Assembly: GCA_000214015.2 (NCBI GenBank)
Contig: CAID01000017.2
Span: 49,312-76,124 of the forward strand
Source of the DNA: Ostreococcus tauri
Taxonomy: Eukaryota
Length of the DNA: 26,813 nucleotides
Reading direction: 5' to 3'
A program made the position numbers and the translations under genes. Positions 7,137 to 15,340 of the stretch are shown here, piece by piece (position 1 is the stretch's first letter; the number at the start of each line of letters is the position of its first letter). The notes beneath the pieces were generated by a model that had not been told where the DNA came from, did not search any database, and saw only the letters and a program-made list of their open reading frames with translations.

Positions 7137-10100
7137 CTACAGCGCGAGCGTTGTGCGGGCGATTGGTGAGTCGAAAAAGTCGGCGAGCGCGTCGCCGAGG
7201 GGCGCGCCGGAGACGACGCCGAGCGCCTCGACCGCGCTCGATGCGATCACGCGCAAAGCATCGACGTCGTCGTTCAAGTTTAGACTTGCGAGTGCTCGCG
7301 CCGCTAAGCGCTCGCGCGCGGGCGCGAGGGCGTTCGATCGGAGCACGGCGTCGCCGGCGTCCGCGGCGGCCATCGCGCGCTTCCGCGGCGCCGACTCATC
7401 CTCATCCGAATCGTCGACGACCGGTTTCCTGACATCGAGACATCTCGCGACGTGCGCAAAGAATCGCTCGCGTTTCGTCTTGTCTTCTCTGAGCGCTCGA
7501 AGGAGGACGTCGCCCGCGGCGAATTCCAGTCTCGCCATCGCGCCGAGCGACGCGCTCGAGTCGTTTTGATTCCTGGCGAACACGTACGCCGCGTCGACGA
7601 TGTCTACGATCTCATCGATCGCCTTTCTCGGCGCCCCCGATATTTTGCGAACATCATTGCACGCGGAGATGCACGCGAGCGAACGTGCGATGACGTTACT
7701 AGCGTGCGGGAGGTCCAAGATGACGGCGTCCACGACGACGCCACGTCTGAGCGCTCGGCACAACTCGCCCCACGTTTCTTCGCTCTCATCCCGACGACTC
7801 GACGCCACTTTCGCGGCTTCTCGGAAAGATTCCAACGATTTCATCACCGCGTACGAATCGTTCGAGTGCAACACCGCGCTCGCAAAGGACCAAATCGTCG
7901 GGAGCAACGCCTCGTACGCCGCTCGGCGCGATTTTGCGAGTGCGAGTAAACGCGGAAGCACGATTTCGGTCGCGTGCGTGGGATCAATCTTCACCTCGAG
8001 CAATCCATCGAGTGCGCCTCGAAGTTCGTCGCGAGCGTTCACGTCAAGCGTTTCGATCTCATCGTCGTCAAAGAGCGAGAAGACGACGGCAAGCGCTGAA
8101 TCGTCCACCTTGGAGAGCTCGCCCAGGGCGCCGCAGATCGCGGTCCAAATCGCGCTCACTCTGTACTTCACGCAGTCAGACGTCGCGCTCATTCGCGAGC
8201 GGCACTCGATCGCGATCGTGCGGAGAGAATCGATCGGAGGCGAGAGCGTTCCTTGCTCGCCACCCTCGGAGACGTTGCGCCATCGAGCCATGGCAACGAA
8301 GAGCGATGTCGCTCTTGGGACGCACGAGAGCGGGACACCGAACACATCGCTCTCTTCGTTCTCCGATTCGTCCGTTGATGAATCATCGCGGGTGAGGGCG
8401 AGGACAAGGGCCTGCTCGAGTGCTCGACACGACGTCACCATCTCCTCCTCAAGCGTCTCCTGTGTCTCCGCGTCGTCTCGCGAACAATCAATCGCATACG
8501 CCGCTCCCAAAGCCTCCATCGCCGGCTCCCATCCCTGCCCGAGCACATCGCCGTAGTTGTGCATTGCTTGTGCGACGCACGACACCACGAGTCCTCGAGA
8601 TCGAGCGGTGCGCGCGTTTTCAATGGCGAACACGAAGGGCCGCATCGCGTCCATTTGCGTTGCCGAGCGCGTTGCTCGAGCACGTAAGAGCAAACGATCA
8701 GCTACTTGTCTCATCGACACCGTGGCATGTAAGACGACTTTTTCGTCCGCGTGTTTAACTGCCTCTACAAGGTGCTCGGAAACCACGCTCCAGAGCTTTG
8801 ACCACACGAGACGGACGCGCGACATGTTTGTCGCTGCCACCTCTGTGAGACGCAACAGCGCAAAAATCTTCGCTGGCGCGCTCGAGGAGCTCCAAAGCCC
8901 GTGTCTAGACACCGTCGCCACTGCCGTGGCATAGGTCAAGATCTCGTCCGAGTCGAATCGCGTGCTCGCGGCGAACACTCGCTCGATAGCCTCGCCACCG
9001 TGCGTGGAGACCCACTTGATCACCGCAAGCTCGGCGGGATCAAGCTGAGACAGCGGATGCCCCGGCGTACCGTCGAACGACGATCGATCGGAGCTCACCG
9101 AACGATCAGTGGCATCGTTTTCATCGAACTCCAGTCGTTCTCGCATGACGGCGCGCGCAGCGGCGAAATCAAAGGCGACGCCGGCGCCGACGACAGAGCG
9201 CAGATGCTCAAGGCGGTCGATGATCTCCAACACGCTCGCCCACGCCTGAACGCCGCCGAGACTGCACTCGCTCGTGGCGAGTTCGAGTAAAGTGCTTAAC
9301 GCTTCCTTACTCTGCGACGAAATTCCCTGAGGTCGGCCGAATCCCGGAGCGGTAACGAGGAACGCGCGCGTGTTGTCCCTGAGCGCAGGAAGTTGAAGCG
9401 TCGTGGCAAGTGAGAGCATTGCTCGCGTGGCCTCGAGCGGCATCGCGGCGTGCGCCGCGTCCGGCGCGGACGTGAACGCGGTGGACAACGCGATGAGCAT
9501 GAACTTGCCCGCAACATCTAGCATCGGTCGCGCCAGACCGGGTTCGGAGGCGCGGACGAAGAGCGCACTCGCTGAGTCGTCGTGCGCCGCGGAGTCGCCC
9601 GGACCAGAAGTCTTGAATAACTCCTTGGTAGACTTCAAGAGCTCAGCAGTTTCATTGGTCGCCTCTTTTTGCATCGATCGTGCCTTCCAGGGCGCTGCAA
9701 AGTTGAGTGATGACGTGAGTTGGGACCACGACGTCTGCGGCGGATGTTTCGCCGCCGCCGCAATCTCGGCAGCGACGTCCGTGGCCGATGAAACCCGCGC
9801 CGGGGGTTCAGCCGAGTTCATCTTGATCTCTTTCGCGCACACGCGCTTATAAATTGCAGCGATCTTCTCGGCGTCGACCTCAGAGGCCGCCTCCGCGGCG
9901 GTCACCATGAGCACGAAATCCTGCTCGCTCATCTTCATCGCCTCCTCTGTGAGCGGATTGTGCGCGTCTGTGTTCAGCATGACGATGGCGAACGCCAGAA
10001 TGTACGCCGCATCCGTGCTCGGATACACATTTTGATTGCACGCGCAAAATCTCGCGGCGAACGCCTCCATCAACCGATCGATCTTTTGTGCCTCGCCCGG

Positions 10101-12038
10101 AAGCCTGAAACCACTGAGGAACGCGCGCATGGCGTCGTCGATGTGCGCCCCCGTGAAATCAAAGCCGTGCACGTACGCGCGCATGACAGCGAGCGCATCT
10201 GAATCGGGCGATCCTAGGAGTTCGCCCAACGCGCTCGGACTCACCACCAAAGACGAAGTCGCCTTGCTCGAGGCGGTCGAGGATGACGCCGAGCGCAAAA
10301 ACGCCGCGCAAGCGACCGCGTCCTCCGACCGCGCGGCGACGCGAAGCGATCGGACGTTTGGCTCGGCGTTGAACGCCTCGATCGCCCTCTCCGCCGAAAT
10401 CTTGGCGGACTTTTTCGCGGCGAAGAGCTCGGACTCCGACTTGGTCGGCGGCGATGACGCCGCCGCCGCGTCTTCCGAAACCGCCGTCGCATCCGTCGCC
10501 ACTGTCGCCGTTGCCGCCGCGACGGCGGCGGGCGTCGACGTCGTGGACGCCTCGTTTGATTTTGACGATGACGAAAGTTTGTCTTTCGATGGTTTTCGAC
10601 CGATGAAAGGTCGAATCTCGAGGCCATCATTCTGATCGGCGTCGCCCGCGCTCTCTTCGTCCTCGTCGTCGTAGCCGCGGGCGCACCAGCTCTGAAGCGA
10701 CCGTAAAATGCTAAACAAACACGTGAGCACGGCGTCACGCTCTAAGATGTCGTTCGTCTGCGCCGCGCGCGCGAGCGCGGCGACGGTGCGCTCGTACAGG
10801 TTCGCCGCGTGCAAGTCGCAGTCGTAGTTGACAAAAAAATCAACCAAGATTTGCGCCTCGCTCGCGAGACGACGCACCAGACGAAGCGCTGAGACGCGAA
10901 CCGCCGCACTCGTCTCGTCAGTCTCGAGCGGATGTAACGCCATGATCGGGTAGAGCGCTGCGATCTGTTGCTTCCACACCGAGCGCGCGCGTGAGACGAG
11001 AACGCCGTACGCCATGCGCGCGATGGATACCAATATCCCCACCGATTGCTCCGCCTCAGATCCGCGAGGAACGTGTAACAGCGCGTTTCGCATGAGCGCC
11101 ATCGAGAGCGGTTTCGACAACTCCCCGTGGAAGTGGTCGAGCCACAACGGCGCCCGCGGTCCCTCCATGAGTTGGCGTAAAATGTCCAACGCCAAGGCTT
11201 TGGAGTGCGTCAGGTACGCGTCGACGTCGATCGGTCCGTCCCTCGCCGCAATCTTACACAACATGATGAGAATCTGTTTCACGTCCTCCAAGTGCAAACG
11301 ACGATTCGCGCTCACGTCTTCGGACGCGGCTAACGCCTCGAACCCACGCTCGGCGCGCTTGAACGCGGCGTTGATTATTTGCGTGAGCGTCGTCTTCGCC
11401 GCGCGTCGCGCGTTCTCATCCTCAGCAATCATCGCCACGTGAAATATCGATCGCGTGGCGTACAACAGCGCGTTCCCTCTCACCACGAGCGTCTTCTGTC
11501 CCTCCCCATCGTCTCCCGATTCCCCCGACGTCTCCGGATCTTCCGTCTCGCCGCACGCGCACGCCTGGGCGAACCGCGTCGCCGCGACGCCGCACCGCGC
11601 TCGATCTTCCCCCGTCTCCCCCCCCCCCCCCTCCCCACCTCCCGATAATTCACCCACTCCACACACCGCGCGCACGAGGCGAGCGCGCGCGTCATCGCTC
11701 GCCGCGTCGTCCCCGCCCGCGTCTCGCGCGACGCCGCGTCCGAATCCGCGTTCAATCAACTTAATCGCCGTCTCCGCCGCCAACGCCGATCGTCGCCCCC
11801 GACGCTCGCGCATCGCGAACGCGAGCGCGTCCAACGCCGTCGTCGCCACCGCGCGCGCGCGGGCGTCGTCGGCGTCGTCCAGGTCTTGGACGATCCCATC
11901 GCATCGCTGGAGCAGCGCCCGCGCGTGATGATTCGCGAATCCAACGCGCGCGAGCACCCCCAGGTCCTCGCGCGCGGCGTTGACGAAGGCGAGAAATATC
12001 TCTCGCACCGTCACCGCGTCCGCGTTCGCGTCGGCCAT
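7137..12038 (-). CDS. Large Sec7-domain ARF guanine-nucleotide exchange factor (BIG/GBF-GNOM class)
   Basis: The ORF-track start at 12107 is TTG; the first ATG is at 12038 (MADANADAVTV...). The HUS box VNYDCD lies at about 10815-10832. The Sec7 catalytic motif is FRLPGEAQKIDRLMEAFAARF (Glu codon 10094-10092), followed by NTDAHNP. The ORF is uninterrupted for 1633 codons and ends at TAG 7139-7137. Confidence 0.93.
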   Translation of the reverse strand: MADANADAVTVREIFLAFVNAAREDLGVLARVGFANHHARALLQRCDGIVQDLDDADDARARAVATTALDALAFAMRERRGRRSALAAETAIKLIERGFGRGVARDAGGDDAASDDARARLVRAVCGVGELSGGGEGGGGETGEDRARCGVAATRFAQACACGETEDPETSGESGDDGEGQKTLVVRGNALLYATRSIFHVAMIAEDENARRAAKTTLTQIINAAFKRAERGFEALAASEDVSANRRLHLEDVKQILIMLCKIAARDGPIDVDAYLTHSKALALDILRQLMEGPRAPLWLDHFHGELSKPLSMALMRNALLHVPRGSEAEQSVGILVSIARMAYGVLVSRARSVWKQQIAALYPIMALHPLETDETSAAVRVSALRLVRRLASEAQILVDFFVNYDCDLHAANLYERTVAALARAAQTNDILERDAVLTCLFSILRSLQSWCARGYDDEDEESAGDADQNDGLEIRPFIGRKPSKDKLSSSSKSNEASTTSTPAAVAAATATVATDATAVSEDAAAASSPPTKSESELFAAKKSAKISAERAIEAFNAEPNVRSLRVAARSEDAVACAAFLRSASSSTASSKATSSLVVSPSALGELLGSPDSDALAVMRAYVHGFDFTGAHIDDAMRAFLSGFRLPGEAQKIDRLMEAFAARFCACNQNVYPSTDAAYILAFAIVMLNTDAHNPLTEEAMKMSEQDFVLMVTAAEAASEVDAEKIAAIYKRVCAKEIKMNSAEPPARVSSATDVAAEIAAAAKHPPQTSWSQLTSSLNFAAPWKARSMQKEATNETAELLKSTKELFKTSGPGDSAAHDDSASALFVRASEPGLARPMLDVAGKFMLIALSTAFTSAPDAAHAAMPLEATRAMLSLATTLQLPALRDNTRAFLVTAPGFGRPQGISSQSKEALSTLLELATSECSLGGVQAWASVLEIIDRLEHLRSVVGAGVAFDFAAARAVMRERLEFDENDATDRSVSSDRSSFDGTPGHPLSQLDPAELAVIKWVSTHGGEAIERVFAASTRFDSDEILTYATAVATVSRHGLWSSSSAPAKIFALLRLTEVAATNMSRVRLVWSKLWSVVSEHLVEAVKHADEKVVLHATVSMRQVADRLLLRARATRSATQMDAMRPFVFAIENARTARSRGLVVSCVAQAMHNYGDVLGQGWEPAMEALGAAYAIDCSRDDAETQETLEEEMVTSCRALEQALVLALTRDDSSTDESENEESDVFGVPLSCVPRATSLFVAMARWRNVSEGGEQGTLSPPIDSLRTIAIECRSRMSATSDCVKYRVSAIWTAICGALGELSKVDDSALAVVFSLFDDDEIETLDVNARDELRGALDGLLEVKIDPTHATEIVLPRLLALAKSRRAAYEALLPTIWSFASAVLHSNDSYAVMKSLESFREAAKVASSRRDESEETWGELCRALRRGVVVDAVILDLPHASNVIARSLACISACNDVRKISGAPRKAIDEIVDIVDAAYVFARNQNDSSASLGAMARLEFAAGDVLLRALREDKTKRERFFAHVARCLDVRKPVVDDSDEDESAPRKRAMAAADAGDAVLRSNALAPARERLAARALASLNLNDDVDALRVIASSAVEALGVVSGAPLGDALADFFDSPIARTTLAL

Positions 12039-12182
12039 CGCGCGCGCGTCGGCGAGGCGATGATTCGGGCGCGCGTCGTGGGCGATCGATTCCAAAGGTG
12101 ATTCCAAAGGTGATTTTCACGCCCCGTCGACCGGTGGGGATCCCTTTGCGACGCACGCGTGCCTTTCGATCGATCCCTTTCG
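12039..12182. promoter_or_regulatory. Inferred 144-bp bidirectional promoter (Sec7 gene / poly-Met gene) containing a 12-bp tandem duplication
   Basis: The divergent ATGs are at 12038 (minus) and 12183 (plus). tccaaaggtgat occurs twice in tandem (12091-12114). The function is inferred only. Confidence 0.35.
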
Positions 12183-12325
12183 ATGCGACGCCGCGGATCG
12201 TCGCGCGCGACGACGATGGCGATCGCGACGCGGGCGATGGTGACGCCGACGACGCGTAGGTGGAAGGTGGCGACGCGCGCGCGGGGCGAGCGCGCGGACG
12301 ACGGGGGCGAGACGGGACGACGGAC

Positions 12326-12356
<31 letters not shown>

Positions 12357-12797
12357 TCGAGCGGGACGACGACGGCGTGGACGGCGCGCGCGCGCGCGGC
12401 GAGCGCGAACGCCGGGACGGACGATGTCGTCGATCCCTCGATAGAGGCGCGGAGGCGAAAGATGGAACGGCGAGTGAATCGGATGCGGCGGGTGGACGCG
12501 GCGAGTCGAATCGAACGCGAGGCGCGAGACGCGGAAAACGAACGGGCGAGGGTGACCTACGCCGAGTTCGCGGCGAAGAAGAAGGCGAAGATTAGACTTG
12601 AACGTGAGGGTGAGCTCACGGCGGAGGAGATCGAGCGGGAGGCGGCGCGGCAGGGTGAGATGGCGCGCGAGCGCGCGCGGCGCGGCGCCGAGGCGGAGCG
12701 CGCCGAACTCCGGGAGTACGAGGAACTCCTCGCGCGCAGACGTCGAGAGGCGGCGATGCGCGCGGAGAATGGAGACGTGGGATGGTATCGCGATTGA
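12183..12797 (+). CDS. Hypothetical charged coiled-coil protein containing a Met10 run
   Basis: Position 12159 is GTG; the first ATG is at 12183. Ten consecutive ATG codons lie at 12327-12356. The C-terminal half is a plausible K/R/E coiled coil (TYAEFAAKKKAKIRLEREGELTAEEIEREAARQGEMARERARR...). TGA at 12795-12797. The true start may be inside the ATG run. Confidence 0.5.
12327..12356. repeat. (ATG)10 microsatellite
   Basis: gatgatgatg... read directly. It is poly-Met in the only ATG-initiated frame and poly-Asp in the +2 frame, which has no upstream ATG after TAG 12257-12259. Confidence 0.95.
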
Positions 12798-12833
12798 TTT
12801 TTGTTAAAGGGACGATTCCGCGACCGCGACCGC

Positions 12834-13634
12834 TCACTTGAAGACCTCGTCGAAACCCAACACGCGCGGGACGAGGTAGACCAACAACTGTCGAATCGCC
12901 GCCGACTCGCCGTAACTCACCGGAACGCTGAACCGTTGTTGCCCGCGATTCTCACTGAGCGTCACCGTGAGATTCACAAACATCCCCCCCGAGCCATCCG
13001 GCATGGGTTCAACCTTGAACGCCTTTCCCAGCGTCCCGCCGCCGCCGCCGTTCGCCTTTGCCGAGTCGTGAAAAAACGAGCACGACCCGTTCGCCGCCAT
13101 GCGATCCGCCAGCTCCGCCGCCTCCGTCCCGCTCAGCATGAAACTCCCTTTATTCTGCCAATCGTACGTTCTCGGCGCCGTCGCGTTCGCCAGTTCCAAC
13201 AGGACCCCGCCCGGGCGTCGCACCACCGCGTTTTCGCCCAGCGCCCCGAGCGTCGGGCGCACCGCCTTCATCTTCATCGCCCCTCGCGTCTTGTACACCC
13301 CAAAATCCACAAACGTCGTCGGCGGCGGCGCGCGTCCATCGTCCCGTCGCGCGCCGTCGTCCCACGACCGCGGCGGCGGCGTGGACGCCCCGTACGCCGT
13401 CGACGACGTCCAACGGTGATGACGTTCGCGTCGATCGCCATCCCGCGGTCTCGGGCGTCGATCGCGCGCGCGATCGGCGCGCGCGACGTCCGCGGACGTC
13501 GACGCGCGACGAAGCGCGCGCGCGGTGGCCGCGCACGTCGTCCCGATCGCGCGCATCGCCCGTCGCGCGCGATGTGCCGCCGGCGCGCGACGGGCGGACG
13601 GGCGCGTCGCGTACTGTGGAGGTATTACAGCCAT
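12834..13634 (-). CDS. WHY: Whirly-family single-stranded DNA-binding protein (organelle-targeted)
   Basis: The ORF-track start at 13709 is TTG and lies inside the repeat array; the first ATG is at 13634. The Whirly domain is FVDFGVYKTRGAMKMKAVRPTL..., RTYDWQNKGSFMLSGTEAAEL, SCSFFHDSAK, KAFKVEPMPDGSGGMFVNLTVT and VPVSYGESAAIRQLLVYLVPRVLGF. The N-terminus is R/A-rich. TGA at 12836-12834. Confidence 0.88.
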   Translation of the reverse strand: MAVIPPQYATRPSARRAPAAHRARRAMRAIGTTCAATARALRRASTSADVARADRARDRRPRPRDGDRRERHHRWTSSTAYGASTPPPRSWDDGARRDDGRAPPPTTFVDFGVYKTRGAMKMKAVRPTLGALGENAVVRRPGGVLLELANATAPRTYDWQNKGSFMLSGTEAAELADRMAANGSCSFFHDSAKANGGGGGTLGKAFKVEPMPDGSGGMFVNLTVTLSENRGQQRFSVPVSYGESAAIRQLLVYLVPRVLGFDEVFK

Positions 13635-13975
13635 GTGTACACACCGACGGGTGCGTCGGGTGTCCCCATCGGGGTGCCGCGAACACACACACGGGGTGAA
13701 AGCACGCAAAGTACGTAAAGACTAAAGACGTCCCCATCGGGGTGCCGCGAACACACACACGGGGTGAAAGCACGCAAAGTACGTAAAGACTAAAGACGTC
13801 CCCATCGGGGTGCCGCGAACACACACACGGGGTGAAAGCACGCAAAGTACGTAAAGACTAAAGACGTCCCCATCGGGGTGCCGCGAACACACACACGGGG
13901 TGAAAGCACGCAAAGTACGTAAAGACGTCCCCATCGGGGCGCCGCGCGCGCGACATCGCGCCGGGCGACGCCTCG
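13635..13975. promoter_or_regulatory. Inferred bidirectional promoter of Whirly (minus) and bL27 (plus), about 83% made of the 68-bp array
   Basis: The start codons are at 13634 and 13976. The array begins 28 bp from one and ends 31 bp from the other. Each unit carries a TACGTA palindrome, a (CA)5 tract and a CCCCATCGGGG inverted repeat. Confidence 0.45.
13662..13945. repeat. 68-bp tandem repeat array, 4.2 copies, non-coding
   Basis: The unit is gtccccatcggggtgccgcgaacacacacacggggtgaaagcacgcaaagtacgtaaagactaaagac. Copies start at 13662, 13730, 13798, 13866 (61 bp, lacking one taaagac) and 13927 (partial, diverging at 13940). The full copies are identical by eye. A period of 68 is not a multiple of 3. 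Confidence 0.97.
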
Positions 13976-14851
13976 ATGTCGAGCTCGATCGCCCCCGCGC
14001 TCGCGTCGATGTTCGCGCGAAAAATCACGCTCGTCCCCAACGTCGCCGGAGAACGAAAGCGCCGCGCCGGCGTCATCGAGTGCGCGCACAAGAAAGGGAC
14101 GGGGTCCACGAAGAATGGCCGCGATTCCAATCCGCAGTACCTCGGGGTGAAGAAGTACGGCGAGGAGAAGGTCACGGTGGGCTCGATCATCGTCCGACAG
14201 GTTGGGAATAAATTCCACGCGGGCGAGGGCGTGGGGACGGGGCGAGACTTCACGCTGTTCGCGCTGCGCGAGGGTGAGGTGCGATTTAGGGTTGGGGCGA
14301 ATAAGAAGAAATACGTCACGGTGGTGGATGGCGTCGATCGCTCGGGACGAGAGGATGGGGCACCGACGCGGAAGGATAAGCGTCGGGCGATGTACACGCC
14401 GCGCGCGGTGGTGCGAGAGGCGTTGGAGCGCGGGGAGGAGGTGCCGAAGAGGGCGGCGACGGCGACGCGCGCGGCGGCGACGGCGCGAAAGACGCGCGCG
14501 ACCGAGGCGGCGACGCGAAAGAAGACGCTCGCGCGGACCGGGTCCGCGGCCGCGCCGAAGGGTTTTTACCGCCAGGTGAGCAAGGTGCGATATTGCAACC
14601 TCTCGCTGTTATTGATGGATGAGATCATGGAGACGAACGGCGTCATCGTCAAGGCGGATGCCGAAAAGTTCTACGAGCACATGCTCGACGGACCTGGCGT
14701 GACCCCGACCGAACTCGCATCGTTGGAATTCGTGCTCAACGGTGGCGGCGGACCGTACACGTACGTCACCGACGCCGAAGCCAAAGCGTTCCTCGCGGAG
14801 AAGATCGCCCAGACGCGCGGCGAGCTCGAGTCCGACGCCGGCGCGAGGTAA
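13976..14851 (+). CDS. rpl27: Organellar ribosomal protein bL27 with a long (~190 aa) C-terminal extension
   Basis: ATG at 13976. The bL27 core is [68 protein letters not shown] (about 14084-14290). The ORF stays open to TAA 14849-14851. It passes through an R/A/T-rich linker and then a non-low-complexity C-terminal segment of about 75 aa. Confidence 0.82.
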   Translation: MSSSIAPALASMFARKITLVPNVAGERKRRAGVIECAHKKGTGSTKNGRDSNPQYLGVKKYGEEKVTVGSIIVRQVGNKFHAGEGVGTGRDFTLFALREGEVRFRVGANKKKYVTVVDGVDRSGREDGAPTRKDKRRAMYTPRAVVREALERGEEVPKRAATATRAAATARKTRATEAATRKKTLARTGSAAAPKGFYRQVSKVRYCNLSLLLMDEIMETNGVIVKADAEKFYEHMLDGPGVTPTELASLEFVLNGGGGPYTYVTDAEAKAFLAEKIAQTRGELESDAGAR

Positions 14852-15053
14852 ATCGAACGAATCCCGAAATTACCTGAACGCAATTAATATTGATTTTACT
14901 TTAACGCACCAACGTCGTGATCGCTACGTCCCACGCGCGCGTCGCGGTCGTCGCGCGCGGGTCACGGGCAAAAATAATACCCATAACTTTTGCGTCGTTA
15001 CCGCTTACGATTCTGGGTGTACGTCGATTTAGCCCTTCCATCCCATATCAAGA

Positions 15054-15210
15054 GCACTCGTGGTCTAGTGGTAGAATAGCCGCCTGCCAACCAAATTGGC
15101 AACGGCTGGCGCGTTCGTTCGCGCTACACAATGAATCTGCTCGTAGTGAACACTACGTATATGCTATATGCAGGGCGCGGCAGACCCGGGTTCGATTCCC
15201 GGCGAGTGCA
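15054..15210 (+). tRNA. tRNA-Gly(GCC) with an 86-nt intron at the canonical 37/38 position
   Basis: The 5' exon is 15054-15089: GCACTCG TG GTCTAGTGGTAGAATA GCCGC CTGCCA. The 3' exon is 15176-15210: C GCGGC AGAC CCGGG TTCGATT CCCGG CGAGTGC A. Acceptor stem (GCACTCG/CGAGTGC), anticodon stem (GCCGC/GCGGC) and T stem (CCGGG/CCCGG) all pair. The anticodon GCC is at 15086-15088. The mature length is 71 nt. Confidence 0.92.
15090..15175 (+). other. tRNA intron (86 nt)
   Basis: It starts 1 nt 3' of the anticodon. Intron bases 15096-15101 (ttggca) are complementary to tgccaa (15085-15090), which would form an anticodon-intron helix. There is an internal hairpin gcgcg-ttcgtt-cgcgc (about 15109-15124). 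Confidence 0.85.
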
Positions 15211-15244
15211 GTGAACGAGCGAACACGACGAAGAAACGAAAAAC

Positions 15245-15250
15245 TTTTTT
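15245..15250 (+). terminator. Probable RNA polymerase III terminator (T6)
   Basis: This is the first T-run (tttttt) downstream of the tRNA, 35 nt past its 3' end. Confidence 0.5.
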
Positions 15251-15340
15251 GACCTTGCGAAGGCTTTTAATTTTTAATCAAAGAGCTTGCATTGAATTCA
15301 GTTCTTCACCGATTACCCATTACAAAAGTTATTACTCGTA

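Noticed and set aside
7600-8556. 318-aa plus-strand ORF and several others (7114-7569, 7452-7949, 10036-10635, 11014-11442, 11455-11928) inside the Sec7 gene
   Set aside because: All are antisense to an uninterrupted 1633-codon ORF with HUS and Sec7 motifs. Their Ser/Ala/Arg-rich composition suggests GC-driven stop-free frames.
12801-13718. 305-aa plus-strand ORF antisense to Whirly
   Set aside because: It is Arg/His/Pro-rich junk composition, starts at a non-ATG codon, and overlaps a gene with an unmistakable Whirly domain.
13662-13945. CRISPR-like reading of the 68-bp array
   Set aside because: The units are directly abutting with no unique spacers, the context is eukaryotic, and no cas genes are present. 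It is a minisatellite.
13150-14397. Family of minus-strand ORFs all beginning [16 protein letters not shown]... (13150-13845, 13722-13934, 13790-14218, 13858-14397)
   Set aside because: They are artefacts of translating the 68-bp tandem repeat. The period is not a multiple of 3, so each copy opens a different frame. Their starts are TTG-type, and they run antisense into Whirly or bL27.
14576-14623. Possible 48-nt intron in the bL27 tail (GTGAGC ... GAG)
   Set aside because: Its length is a multiple of 3 with no stop, so splicing is not required. It lacks the CTGAC branch motif present in all four confident introns and is much shorter than they are (116-322 nt).
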